From Lingula anatina (Eukaryota > Animalia > Brachiopoda), in the NCBI GenBank assembly GCA_051362555.1, contig CM120641.1, positions 10,540,001 to 10,604,000 on the forward strand: 64,000 bases of DNA. Direction: 5' to 3'. Below are positions 39,362 through 51,934 of this stretch, one piece after another (the first letter of the stretch is position 1; each line of letters starts with the position of its first letter). The notes under the pieces were generated by a model. It did not search any database. It had not been told where the DNA came from and saw nothing but the letters and a program-made list of their open reading frames with translations. A program made the translations under genes and the position numbers.

Positions 39362-41878
39362 AGAACAGAGAAAGAAGACGTACATATACAGTTGAGACAA
39401 ATGCTGGGGTAACACTTGTGAAGTCCTCTAGAGCAAGTTGTGTCCACTGATTGCTGTTGGTTTTGTACAGATGGGATATTTTCAGAGGCAGCACATACAG
39501 GAAACATTTTGTTTTGTTTTGAATTTTAATTATGAAAGTATTGATACCTTTAACTAATAATACTAATTGATTAAACAGACAACTCGTGAGACATTCTTAT
39601 ATCATTACCGTAATGTAAATAATGGAATAATTCGAGAGACTTTTATGCTGGACTGTGCTCTTGTGAAGATCACTCAAACTTATTGAAAAGAGGGCCATAG
39701 TAAAGCCCTTAAACTCATGGTTTATAAAAGGTTTATTTTCTTATGGATTTTTTAAACTAAAAAGGTATTGATGCCGAAACACTATATCAGAATAAGTGTA
39801 GCCTAATGAACTAAACGGTGATGAATTTTAGAACTGTATTTTTGAAGATGAAGCACAATACAATGTTGCGATAACTTATTGTTCATTTCATTAATAAAAT
39901 AGTGAGGCAAAAAAATACATATTAGTTCAAAGAACTTTTACCAACATTTTACATTCATTTCCTTCCTTTCCCAAGATATGTGATATACGAAGACAGAAAA
40001 TTGCTTCTTTTCATATTTGATTTTATTAAATGCACCCCAGATGAAAAAATGCTTTAACTTTATAAAATATAACTGATAGCAGGGATAGAATTTGGCAACA
40101 CTAGTATTTACTGTATAAACACATTTTGTATTGACACGGTGCACTTGCACTAAAAGGCAAGTAAAATATACTTTTCTGTCATAACAAACACTGCTGTTAC
40201 ATACTATTAATGTACATATATGTCATTAAAATTGGCAAAATAGCTCATCATTTGTCAACATGTAAAATACATAAATTTATCTTTTTTGACAGATGGCCAC
40301 ATTTTCAATGTTAGTGAACACAACATTACAGTTTATGTGCCATCTCTAATCCAAAGTGTGCCAACTTTATTGTCCTATTCATCTACCATATAACGTAATG
40401 GATCGCGTGCCCTTGCCACTTCTTCTTTAACTGATGGAGACTATAAAATGAAAAATACAGAATTTGGTGCAATGCAATAGCAATATAAAAATTGCAGCAA
40501 TCTCATTCTAATGCATAATGATTTTTGTTGCTTAATTAGTTTGTCTGACACAAATGTTGTGACCAATTTCTAATAACAGTACCGAGACAAATTCAAGGAA
40601 AATATTTAGATAACTACAAAAAAAAAAAAAAAATTACTAGAGAACTTCATTATCAAAGAAAGCCATAAGTAACAGTGTACATATTTTAAGTTGCACTTCC
40701 AGAAACTGGCTAGTGTGATTTCTCACATCTACTGATAGACAGCAAAACTGGCAAAAAACGGATGCTGAACAGGGAAAAAAAAACTCCAATTGCACTACTT
40801 TAATATAAACTGGTAAATTCCAGTAATCTCAAAAAAAAAAAAAAAAAAGTTATTTTAAAATGTAAACATTGACTGACGTCATAAACAGCGTGGAACAGCC
40901 TTCCAAAACTGCTTCTTTTCCACTGAGATTGCTATTTTAAATTGGTTCTCATTTTGTACCATGTATCAATTTATCACCATTTAAATAAACTGGACCCTTT
41001 AGTAAATCTGAATTAAAATTGAAATTCATTCTGGCATAATTATTTAATTTTTGTAAAAATAATCCAGTTAATGAGTCTAATTTCAGAAGACCCGAAGTCT
41101 CGCATTTTTGCCAAACAAAACTAAGAAAATTTAAAGTAAAACAAAACTTATTGTTTGGCAGTTATAAGGTGAATAACGTGCAATTGACAGCATGAAATGG
41201 ACAAACGAGATGATCAGAATATATACAGACACATGCAGTGTCCGTCTATATAAATGCATAAAGAAAAGCTGCAATACTTACAAATTTATAATGAAGGATT
41301 GTTACAAAAACCATGGCTAAAAAAATCCTTACTGTGTCTTGAACCAGAAAATAGACTACATCATTTTTATGTCGTCCCCTACACAAAAAGAAAATAAGCA
41401 TAACTAAAGGATAACAGAGATAATGGTGCCTCTGGTATGTACCACCAACAGAAAATTAAATGTAGGAGTAGTCAGTAGTGAGTCAGTGAGTTAGCTAACT
41501 ACCTGCTGGCTAGTGATGCTGTTACTGTATGCTGAGCTCTAGAAAGCAAAACCTGATGTTATTTTTAAATTAAATTAAATTAAATTAATTAAAATTATGT
41601 AGATCAAAACACTTATATGTTTATTCCAATTTTTTTCAGACCTGAAAGTAAACCAAATCATATATAACAATTGAGTTCAACACTATTGCTCCTGCATCAA
41701 TGCTGTAGTGTACAACTATTTTTCAAAATAAATCCCATATTCAGTTACTCTTTGCAGCCTTTCTGATTGTAAGCCTAAGAATGCAAGTTAATGTATATTT
41801 AAAGTCCTTTTATTCTCACATTTTAATTATTCTTACTGTAAATCCAAGAAGACTAAAAATATGTTTCAAAATAAATAA

Positions 41879-42658
41879 GGCCACACCGATTTAACTTCAT
41901 GGATAACATCTACATGTGTATTAATTTTCGCTTATTCTCAAAAAAATTAAATAAAAATAAATAATAAAAAACCCTCCTCGAACTTCTAAACTGACTACTT
42001 GTACAGTCTGTGCAAACTCAAAATGCTGCAAACGCATTTATCTTCTACCACAAAATCTTCTGAATTTGTCGTAAAATGAGAAATGGCCACTGCTCGTCAT
42101 CGTCAACAAAATACACAAACATAAAAGTTTACAAAAAAGACGGGGCTTGCTTGAAGATTGGTATGCAATTGATGTTGGTGAGGGGGATATCATGTTTGTT
42201 CAACTATACAAGAGTCTGGCAACAGCAAGCACTAATGTCCAGACAACTTAAAAAAATGTCTTATCCAGAGCATCTCAAACAGTTTCTTTTTTCAACAACA
42301 AGAAAAATGAGAAGGGAGTTGAGGTATATGGTGGCCTCAAAGTAGATCTTTAGTGTTCTCAGTTGTTTGTATGATACTGAGATGAAGCAGATGAGAGCTG
42401 ACTGTTTAAAATCTTAGCACAAAGAAAGACTTTATGTTTGATACACTGAGATAAAGAAGATGACTGCTGACACTTTAAGTGCAAATAAACATGTGTTGTT
42501 TGCTTGATACACTTTGTTCTGTGGTTTTAATTGTGTTTCCAGCTATGTATTTCTTAAATTTAGCAGCATTTTTTTGTTCTTTTATTTTTTTTATTTTTTA
42601 TTTTTTTGCCCTCTCACATAGTTTTGGGGGTCTCCAGAGGAGTTAAATCAGTGTAACC
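41879..42658. mobile_element. Non-autonomous PIF/Harbinger-type element
   Basis: Imperfect TIRs GGCCACACCGATTTAACT / AGTTAAATCAGTGTAACC with TAA on both sides. The terminus is related to that of the 27071-28050 element. Confidence 0.65.
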
Positions 42659-42671
42659 TAATCACACTTAC

Positions 42672-45174
42672 CATGAATAATTGCGACTTGCGTGATGAAT
42701 GCGTTCATATCTACAAAACAGTACAATAGCTGTTTAAAATATTTAATTATTGCAAATCTCATCAAAGTTTTAACTTCCTTGAACTAATGGTCTATGAGGA
42801 GTTAGCAAGAATTTCAATGTAAAAAGGCTTTCCAGAAAGCCCAGGGATAGCCCAACCCCTAGTTGCACTAAAATTCTGAAGTGTCCATGATGATAGGTCT
42901 ATTTTTCCCCAAACTTTTATGATCTAGGAGGAGATAGTAGAAATTGCTAATGCACAGATGCATGGACAGGCGGGATAACATGATCTCCGACTTTTGTCAC
43001 AAAAGTGCAGAGATAAAAATTTGTAACAGTAATTCTAACTGGCAATCAAAATTTTCAAGATCAATAATAAATGTTTGACACATTGATATTATTGCAATTA
43101 AAATACTCTCTGCTTTCTTTAAGCAACTTCAGGAATGTCTTACACTTTGTCATCTAATGGTCCCTGTCTGTACAAATGCTCTTGTGGAATTTTAAACTGG
43201 GCATCATATTCTGCTCTTCTTCCTGTATCACTTAAAACCTTATAAGCTTCATTAACTTCAACAAATTTTAAATGAGCTTCATCTTGTTTTTCTAGATTGC
43301 TGTCAGGATGCCACTGAAAAAATTTCAAATATATGAAAACTATATTTCACTTCTACAGAATTTCTAATTCCAAGGGCCTTAAAATATGAGGTGTATTAAA
43401 TACACTAAAAAGAAAAGAAAACTGAAATGTATAAAAATAATAAAAGTTACAAAAAATTAATCAACAGTGTCTTCATTTTAAAAAGATCAAAATAACAATC
43501 TTAACATTGCATCAAGGTTGTTTTTAATTTTTTATAAACAAAACAAAATAATAAAAATAATAATATAAATTTTACATTTTTATCTTGAACATTCTTTGGA
43601 TTCAATTTTAGTAGTTGGAACTGAAAAGGGTATGTCGTCTCCAAAGGTTATAAACACTCAGAGACAGGACCAGAAAGGCAAGGATGGCACTTTTTTTTTA
43701 CCCTCCCTCTCTCTCAGTGACACTTTACAAACCTCTTTAGACTTCTTCATATATGCCTCCCTAATCTCCTCTTCAGTAGCTGTGGGATTTAGGCCAAGGG
43801 CATTGTAATGATTGGTTTTATTGGTTTGAGTGCTGAGGTCTTGATGTCTGGAAATTGGAACACATTTGATTAATACACATGAATGCAGTTTTTTTTTAAC
43901 TACAGCATACCCTTTAAACAACGAGGAAACATTTTAACATACTGTACTGTTATGTGTTACCTCCCTCCCCCCCCCCAACCTAATAAAAACATAACTCACT
44001 GTACCATAATACAATACTTATACTGAATTAGGAAGATTTCAAGCTGGATCTCATTTTATATAACTTCTTGTGTCCTGCCAAAATAAGCAATTTATATATG
44101 ATAATGCCAATTCATATATGATAACTGCCTAATAAAATGAAACTTCATTCATTCAAAATTATTTTCCAGAGACAGAAAAATAATTATTTGAAAATGAATG
44201 ATTCATTCACAAATCTGAGAGATTTGATAACACAGAAGATATAATATTTGATGAAGCAGGTCAGTTCATGACAGAGAATATGTTCCAGCCAGAAAACGAA
44301 CTACTGCGCATAATCATGTTACTTACAGTTGGCACTAAAATGGTCTAGAAAACGTTTTGCAATTTTCTTTTCAGGTGGAAAATTATCCCTGACATAATTC
44401 ATCATCTTCATGCATTTAAAACTTGATTAATTGCTGTATTCAACAGTAGTACAAATCATGGGAGCATAACTGGTTGAAGAGCAAAGGAATTTTACCTTAT
44501 TCATGCACAACAATATTGATGGCAAACTTATATTCCAGCAGTGTGCAAATTTAAGACAGTCAGGGTGCATTACATCATTGTATAAGGTTAGGTATGAAGC
44601 ATGTTAATTATATTTGTGTCAAGTTTCCAGAAAATTATAAGGACGAGTTTCTTAAAATCTTCAAGTTAAAGATGCATACTAAGTCAATTTTTTGTCACAA
44701 AAACCAACCAAATGCCAGCATATAGTTTCAAGTAGTATAACTAAGAGAATTACCAAAAGGCATTGTTTAATTTTACCCGAAAATGATGTTGAACGGATTT
44801 TTCTGCTAGCATTCTATGCTGTATGTCAATGGGGCATTAAAGTAGGTCACGAAAGTAGGTTAAATTTCTGACCAAAAATTTAAAGAAAGGAGCAATCTAA
44901 AGCTTTTTTTATGGCTGATTGAGTGATCTATTCAGTTTATCCCTTGGCATGTTGAATTTATTTGAGTCGTATAAGAAACTTGTAGAAGTGGTTTACATGT
45001 CTTACTGGGAATCCACGCTCCACCAATGCTCGGTTCGTATGTACCTTTAAGAGGTGAAGATATTACTTACCGTACGAAAGACAACGGGGTTGCTTTCATC
45101 CAAAGTCGTTTGGACAGGTCTATCTTTGGTCCTGTGCTCCACAAAAAGGACCATACTCTCAAGGACAGGGGCAT
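42672..45174 (-). CDS. DNAJC4: DnaJ (Hsp40) subfamily C member 4-like J-protein; 5' part only, 3' exons unresolved (probably extending towards ~40.3-41.4 kb)
   Basis: Exons 45174-45071 (basic presequence-like), 43847-43733 (HYNALGLNPTATEEEIREAYMKKSKE), 43313-43144 (WHPD...FVEVNEAYKVLSD..RRAEYD) and 42710-42672 have consistent phases. The J-domain is clear; the subfamily call is less certain. Confidence 0.7.
44670..45046. mobile_element. Kolobok-like non-autonomous element
   Basis: TTAA|AGATGCATAC ... GTATGTACCT|TTAA: short imperfect TIRs beginning AG, with a TTAA target duplication. Confidence 0.45.
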
Positions 45175-45801
45175 AATTTAAGTTTCTTTTATGTTTACAT
45201 TCTCATATCTCATTCCCTCCGTCCTTCGTCAGCTGGACAAGTTAGCACCGTAATTAGGTACTCTCAGATGTCGTTAAATTATGACTGCACCGACTGAAGG
45301 CTAGGCTCATGTTAAAATAAGCTCAAAAGGCCTATTAAATTAAAGCTTATTAAAGTGTACAAATATAATATTTTTTTCAGTAACGAAAAGACCATTGAAA
45401 TGAAAGAAACCAATAAAGATTAAATAAACGTGGACACCTTTACTTTTTAAAAAAGATGATTGAGATATTCTTTACCTGTTCCTGGCCAATTGCGATTTAT
45501 TTTACAAATATTTTTTTAACCATTTCTTTTATCATTAGAATTCACTATTTGCCTATTTTCCAGCTCTCTTTTTATTATTGTATTTGTATGACCACACAGT
45601 AAAGAAAATCTTTGGACAGTTACAAAAGAGTTCGTTTAAAAAGGTAGTATTGAAAAAAAATCACGTACTGTAATTAAGCAGTAAATCTTTTCACGTTTTG
45701 AATCATCTTTAATGAGAACATTACGTAATTTGCTATCGCACCAGGATTATAGAGTTCTGAGTTTCTGTTAACAATTCTGATGGGCTGTCGAGTGGACCCG
45801 A

Positions 45802-45989
45802 GTCACCCTGAGCTTCAGAGCTAACTTGACACTAACCTTTTCACTGTAGCCTATCTCCATCGTGTCAAGTTACTTGACACGATGGAGATAGCCTGTAGCC
45901 TATCTCCATCGTGTCAAGTTACTTGACACGATGGAGATAGGCTACAGTGAAAAGGTTAGTGTCAAGTTAGCTCTGAAGCTCAGGGTGAC
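45802..45989. repeat. Nested palindrome: outer perfect inverted arms enclosing two identical 20-bp-stem hairpins
   Basis: GTCACCCTGAGCTTCAGAGCTAACTTGACACTAACCTTTTCACTGTAGC pairs with its reverse complement at 45941-45989. CTATCTCCATCGTGTCAAGT-T-ACTTGACACGATGGAGATAG occurs at 45851-45891 and 45900-45940. Confidence 0.93.
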
Positions 45990-46161
45990 CCGCATGTGCT
46001 AACTTCCAAATTGCTGCATTTGAAGATGCTATGCATTCAAAATTGATATCACAGCAATTATCAGTTTTCTCCTAAGAATACGAGTCAGTTCGTTTATACA
46101 GTACTTGATTTAGGGGTTTCACAGAGCAGACACCGGAAAAAGAGAGACAGCTACGTTAACG

Positions 46162-46163
<2 letters not shown>

Positions 46164-46200
<37 letters not shown>

Positions 46201-46212
46201 AACACACACACA
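46164..46212. repeat. (CA)n microsatellite
   Basis: Direct CA run, briefly interrupted by CAAA. Confidence 0.9.
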
Positions 46213-46479
46213 TAGGACCGTCCTATATAATCATTTTCAGGAAGTCAAAATGGAAGAGTGCGTGTGAGTGTGTACTCGGCAGTAAGCTTTGCCTCTATTG
46301 TTAGTATAGGAAACACTTGCAGTTCCATCACTTTATCACCTTTTTTATCACAAACATAAAATCAAATATTTTATCAAGTGCACAAGCATTTGTTTGGTCC
46401 ATTTTCGTCATATATGGTATCAATACAAAAAAAGCATATAATAAGTCCCTGCCTCCTATACTGTATAAATAAGGCATTA

Positions 46480-48430
46480 TTATGTACATATTGCCATCAC
46501 CTGCGTCTGTCGTCGCCGTCGCCGTCGCCGGCGCCGTGCACTTTCCTTGTAAACACGATAAGTGGAGGGCAGTTTTACTTTTTGGCTTAATATTTACAGA
46601 GCTGATGAATATTCATAAAACGCAGGTCAAGTTCGAAAACCAGCATGATCGGGCCATTATTGTAGAAGTTATGCTGTTTTTTCACTTTTCAGCATATATG
46701 CAACCCTGTAAACACATTTTAAGGAAAACCGTTAGGCCTGTTGTCATGAAACTCACAGGAGTAATCAATCTTACTAAAACGCAGGTCAAGATCGAAAATC
46801 GGCATGATCGGGCCACTATTTTAGTAGTTATGCTGTTTTTTCATTTTTCAGCATATATGCAACACTGTAAACACAATATAAGAAAAACAGATAGGCCAAT
46901 TGTCATTTAACTCACAGGAGTGGTCAATCTTACTAAAACACAGGTTGAGTTCGAAAATCAGCATAATCGGGCCATTATTTTAGAAGTTATGCTGTTTTTT
47001 CAAATTTCCTCAGATTCAACTCTTAGGCATGTTATCAGTCTCATTATTGAACTAATAAGATACGTAAAAGTGTTTGTTTGACATTTCCTGCATCTTTACA
47101 ACATTGTTAGTTGATTATGTAAAAATGATGGTAAACTTTTTATCGTGTATTGTGTAATAAAGTTTCAAAAATGGAAATAAACTCATATCATTGCAGTTTG
47201 TCAGATTTAATCATTCACTATGTTCAGAATCTCAGAATGGAGGAAATTGGACATTTAACACTGTTGTATTGATATTTTTCCCATCTCATCAATTTTCTTA
47301 GTTGATCGTATAAAAATGGCAGTAACCTGTTAATTTTGTTTTATGTTAAAAAAAGTGTTAAAAATGGAAAAAAAAAACATTTCAGAACAGTGCTGTCTTG
47401 TTTACATTCTGGCATTTTCAAGTTGTGACTTGGAAGTTCCATGGGCCTGAAGACCTTTGCTAGTCACATTTTCTGAATATCCATGATACTAATATTTTAT
47501 TATTAAAAATTGATGGTCATTATGCTGTTAAACATTATGTAATATTGCATCAAAATTTGGAAAAAAAACTATTTTGGGCACTGCTCCCATGATGACCATT
47601 TAAGAAAAACCATGTCACTTACTGTTCTCAAACAGATGTGTCTGTACATATTGCCATCACCTGCGTCTGTCGTCGCCGTTGTCGCCGGTGCCGATGCCGT
47701 GCACTTTCATTGTAAACATGATAAGTGGATGGCAGTTTTACTTTTTGGCTGTATATTTACAGAGCTGATGAATATTCATAAAACGCAGGTCAAGTTAAAA
47801 AATCAGCATGATCGGGCCATTATTGTAGAAGTTATGCTGTTTTTTCACTTTTCAGCATGTATGCAACACTGTAAACACATTTTAAGGAAAACCGATAGGC
47901 CTGTTGTCATGAAAATCACAGGAGTAATTGATCTTACTATAACACAGGTCAAGTTCGAAAATTGGCATGTTCCACGGGCTTGAAGACCCATGCTAGTCAC
48001 ATTTTCGGAAAATCAATGATATGTGTATTTTATTATTAAAAATTAACGGTCATTTTGCTGTTAACCATTATGTAATATTGCATCAGAATAGAAGAAAACA
48101 CAATTTTGGGTGCTGCTGCCAAGATGACCATTATGGGAAAACCATGTTACTTATGATTGTCAAACTTTCAAAAAAGAAATACAGGACTAATATGCAGAGT
48201 AATTGATCTTACTAAAACGCAGGTCAAGTTAAAAAATCGGCATGATCGGACCACTATTTTAGTAGTTATGCTTTTTTTTTTCACTTTTCAGCATATATGC
48301 AACACTGTAAACACAATATAAGAAAAACAGATAGGCCAATTGTCATTAAACTCACAGGAGTGGTCATTCCTGCTAAATCGCAGGAGTTCAAAAATCAGCA
48401 TAATCGGGCCATTATTTTAAAGAAATGCCG
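46480..48430. mobile_element. Rearranged Helentron/HINE (DINE-1-like) type elements with an internal ~159-bp tandem repeat
   Basis: Two heads TGTACATATTGCCATCACCTGCGTCTGTCGTCGCCGT(CGCCG) at ~46483 and ~47643 carry a GTC-type microsatellite. They are followed by ~159-bp units (AAAACGCAGGTCAAGTTCGAAAA..GCATGATCGGGCCA) at ~46617, 46776, 46936, 47780, 47939, 48214 and 48373. The repeat structure is certain; the family call is inference. Confidence 0.6.
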
Positions 48431-48861
48431 TTTTTATGTACAGACACAGATGTATTTTACCTGTTGAGCATAATTAAAATTTGATGTTGAATTTGCAGTT
48501 TAACATAATGTACTTTTGCATCAGAATTGACAGTAGCCTTTTTTTGTTATCTCCTGCTTTTTGTCTGTACATTTGACAGCTTTGCTGCCTTGTTGTAGTT
48601 TGAGTTCAGTCATGGATTATCACGTAGATAGTTGAGACATCAGGTTTATGGACTTCTTCATAACAGAAATGGCAGTCCTAGGAATGGAAGTTGGGGGTTA
48701 ATGTGATTAGTACAGGTTAGGGTTAGTCAGAGTATCGGGGTTAGTAGGCTATATGGGACGAATGTCACCTGTACAAATTAATAGGGAACAGACTACCATC
48801 CCTGTCACACCTGATCTTCTCGATAAATTTTTAAATACTTCTCACAAATGACGGCATTCGT

Positions 48862-51800
48862 TTAATCTGTGTACCCCAAATCAATTTTAAAGTTTTTAGC
48901 ACGCTTTTCATACTCGGAGTTGAAAGTTTCATTTTGGTGCACGGTAAATACTCCTCTCCAGCCACCTACTTTTCCTGAAAAAAAAAAAAAAAAAAAAAAA
49001 AAACCAAGTGAAAATGATTCAATTCTATGAAAAGGCACGCAAAAAGTCACTGTGGTAGTTTTGTTAATCTTGTGACTATCTTTAAATTGTTTTTATAATG
49101 AACAAAATTACTGTCAACGTTATAAATGCTTGAGAGTTGTTCTGGCACACTTTTTCCTCAAGATGTCTCCACAGATAAAAAGGCTCTCCTGAAATCACTA
49201 CAGCACCCTTTACACTGGACGGCGTCCTTTCTGCGTCCTGTGGCAAGGCCCCGTTTGAGAGTAAAAAAAAAACTATATTTTTTTGTGCCGACAACTGGCT
49301 GATCATTGAGCATTCATTCTGCAACCAAAGCGATGCTTGTGCCTCCTTACTACGACCACAGCGATGCCACTTTCTTGGTCGCACAAAGGACGTCAGGACG
49401 TCGTCCAGTGTAAAGGGGGCTTAAGTGGCAGTGCTAAAAACGTTTTGGACATAACTGAGATGACGCAGAAGGATAGTTCTAGATGGACAGTGGTTCTAAC
49501 AAGACATTGTGGCCTCCCCCATAGCCTGGCTGTGAGAGAGATTTCAGATGAGACTGATCAGCAGGAGGTGACTTGGGGTGGGCAGGAAAATCCCAAAGGA
49601 AGAATGTGTTGGAGCAGTTGACAATTTTGTGCTTCGTGTGCAAGTGTGCATCCCATGCCACGGAGGCCATTTGGAGCATATTTTTTTTTAAATGAACATT
49701 ACTTTTATGCAAAGGGACCAAGATAACTGAAACTTTGAAGAATGATCATGCTCATACTGGACTAGGATTCAATAATTTTTTTATTTGTTATGCTGTTTTT
49801 TAGAGGGGAATGTCAACCTGTATGAAAAAATTACTCTCTTTTCGAGGAAAAATTCTATTTGCTGTGTAAATCCCGGACAGGATACCTTTAAGTAACATAA
49901 TTAGATCAAAAGTTAAATCGACGCACCTTTCCTATACATTCCATCGCTTTCAGGTCGCCATCCTGACAACAACTCGGTTTTGTGCTTTTTCATATTCTCA
50001 AAGGAGCATTGCTTCGCAACCTCGGCGTAAAACTCATCTGACTTTGGATACCCGATAAATTCTGCTACACGTTTTATCTCCCCGGTCAAATCCTAAAACA
50101 TTAATAAAGTGGGGTTATAAGCTTTAAAAGCGTGTTTTGGTATCAGGCAAGTCCGTAAGATAAAAGAATTGTATTCTATGCAGCGAAATCGACCTATATT
50201 TTTCAAACAACCGATTAATATAAAAAACGTCATTACTGATACTGAATCAAAATACAACTAAGGTAAAAATACCCGAACCCGAGTGAAACTCTGTTCTTTG
50301 ACTGTTAAGATAATGTTAAGGATCAGTGGTAATTAAATTCTCGTTAGAATATCACGGTGATCCATGCCTTCGATAAAAACCTGGGCGAAGATAACGGTTA
50401 ACAGATTTAAAAAAAGGAATTGAGTAACCTGTTTACCTCTTTCAAATCCTCAAACTTGACAATTTGCACATTGGAGTGGTTTTCAACAACTTCCAACCAT
50501 TTCTCGACGTGATCAAACCAACTTCCACAATCAACTACAAAAATCAAACATTTTGCGCTTCCCATTATTCTAAAAAAAGATCTTAATTTCCATACACAGT
50601 ATTTTTTATCTACTAAAAAACAAACATGCCAAATTAAAATGCAAACATCACGTAGTCAAAAATAAAAAATAATAATAATAATTATAAATAAATAAAATAA
50701 TAATAATAAATAATAATAATAATAAAAGTCCGGTTAAACGCGGACCTCTAATTTAAACTAATTTTATTTTTCACATGTGTGTGTACCACCCGACCACAAA
50801 ATGTAAAAAAGTTGTATTTGATCGTCTTTTGATAACATCAAATTTAATTGCGTCGCTTTAAACGTTAGTTATGCTATGATTTTATATAAAAAAACTTATT
50901 TTTCCAGTCGGAGTGCTCCTCAGCAGATTTTATCCGACGCAGATGTCAATCGTCGTGTTGGGATAATAAATATTGCTATATACACCATACAATATGACCT
51001 ACCTTTGTTTTCCATAAACAACGAGAAAAATCCGTTCCAAGTTCCTAAATACGAATAATCTTCTATGTTCCGCGTGTGATAATACATAGATATGGCAGCA
51101 TCTTTGGGATGTCGGACGCTGTACAGCACTTTAGATTTAGCCAAGGCTTGTTTGGGAAAAAACTGATGTGGCACATGGGTGTTGAGAACGCGCGGCGAGG
51201 GCATGGTTTCAAGGGCGTGGCCGGGTCGCAATTCAAACATGCATTCTTCCTTAACGCGAGAAGAGAGTTGAGGTTTGTCACTTGTCAGCATCATGATAAT
51301 CTCCCACAACCAGTGAGTTCCTAAAAATATCAAATACATTGGTCTGAAATGCATTAGATTTGAAATATTTCATGTAAGGTAAGGTCAACAATGCATGGTT
51401 TTAATCATTCATTTGCATTCATCTTAAATGAGTAAGGACTAAACTATTCGTGCATCCAACTTATTACTTCAGTAAACCTGATTTTACAGGAATGTTTGGC
51501 ATATTGTTGATAGAACTGCACACACCGATAACGTCCACTAGATCTTGCAATTCACTGACAAATGAAAGCATGTAATAAAATAGCTTCTTTATTGTTATCT
51601 AATGCTCCCATTTAAAAATAAGATAATCACAACAAAACTTGGAGAAGAAAGAATTACCCGATTTGGGCCAGTTAACCACCCATATGTCATCCTCTCTTGC
51701 TTCAAAGTGATCAGGATTTTCTACAGTTTCCTGCAGACCTGCAAATAATCTGTTAAAGGGCACTCCATTCAACTCTGTCAAAGATACCGTGTTTCCCTCG

Positions 51801-51934
51801 CAGTCTGTGTACTTGTATGACTTGGGAAGTTTTCCTTGCCAATAGCGATAAAACATATTCTTAAGATCTGTGATAATCCATGGAAACCAATAGATGTCTG
51901 CAAACACTGTACACAACATGCGAAGTAAGCCCAT
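48862..51934 (-). CDS. Cytosolic-type (SULT1-like) sulfotransferase, copy A, 323 aa, 5 exons
   Basis: Exons 51934-51658, 51320-51003, 50534-50437, 50092-49927, 48974-48862. 5'PSB motif WPKSGTHW, catalytic NTHVP, 3'PB motif RHPKD..ISMYYH, GSWFDHV, and MYRKGKVGGWRGVFTVHQNE. Confidence 0.92.
49203..49420. mobile_element. MITE in the last intron of sulfotransferase copy A
   Basis: GCACCCTTTACACTGGACGGCGTCCT ... AGGACGTCGTCCAGTGTAAAGGGGGC inverted ends. It is absent from the shorter equivalent intron of copy B. Confidence 0.7.

Noticed and set aside
45851-45940. Repeated palindromic units resembling CRISPR repeats
   Set aside because: The context is eukaryotic, there are only two units with an 8-nt separator, and there are no unique spacers or cas genes.
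46482-47983. Paired 142-aa and 123-aa repetitive ORFs
   Set aside because: They are read-through of the ~159-bp DNA repeat, and the frames are not preserved between units.
48715-48750. GGTTAGGGTTAG telomere-like sequence
   Set aside because: Only two units, too short to call an interstitial telomeric array.
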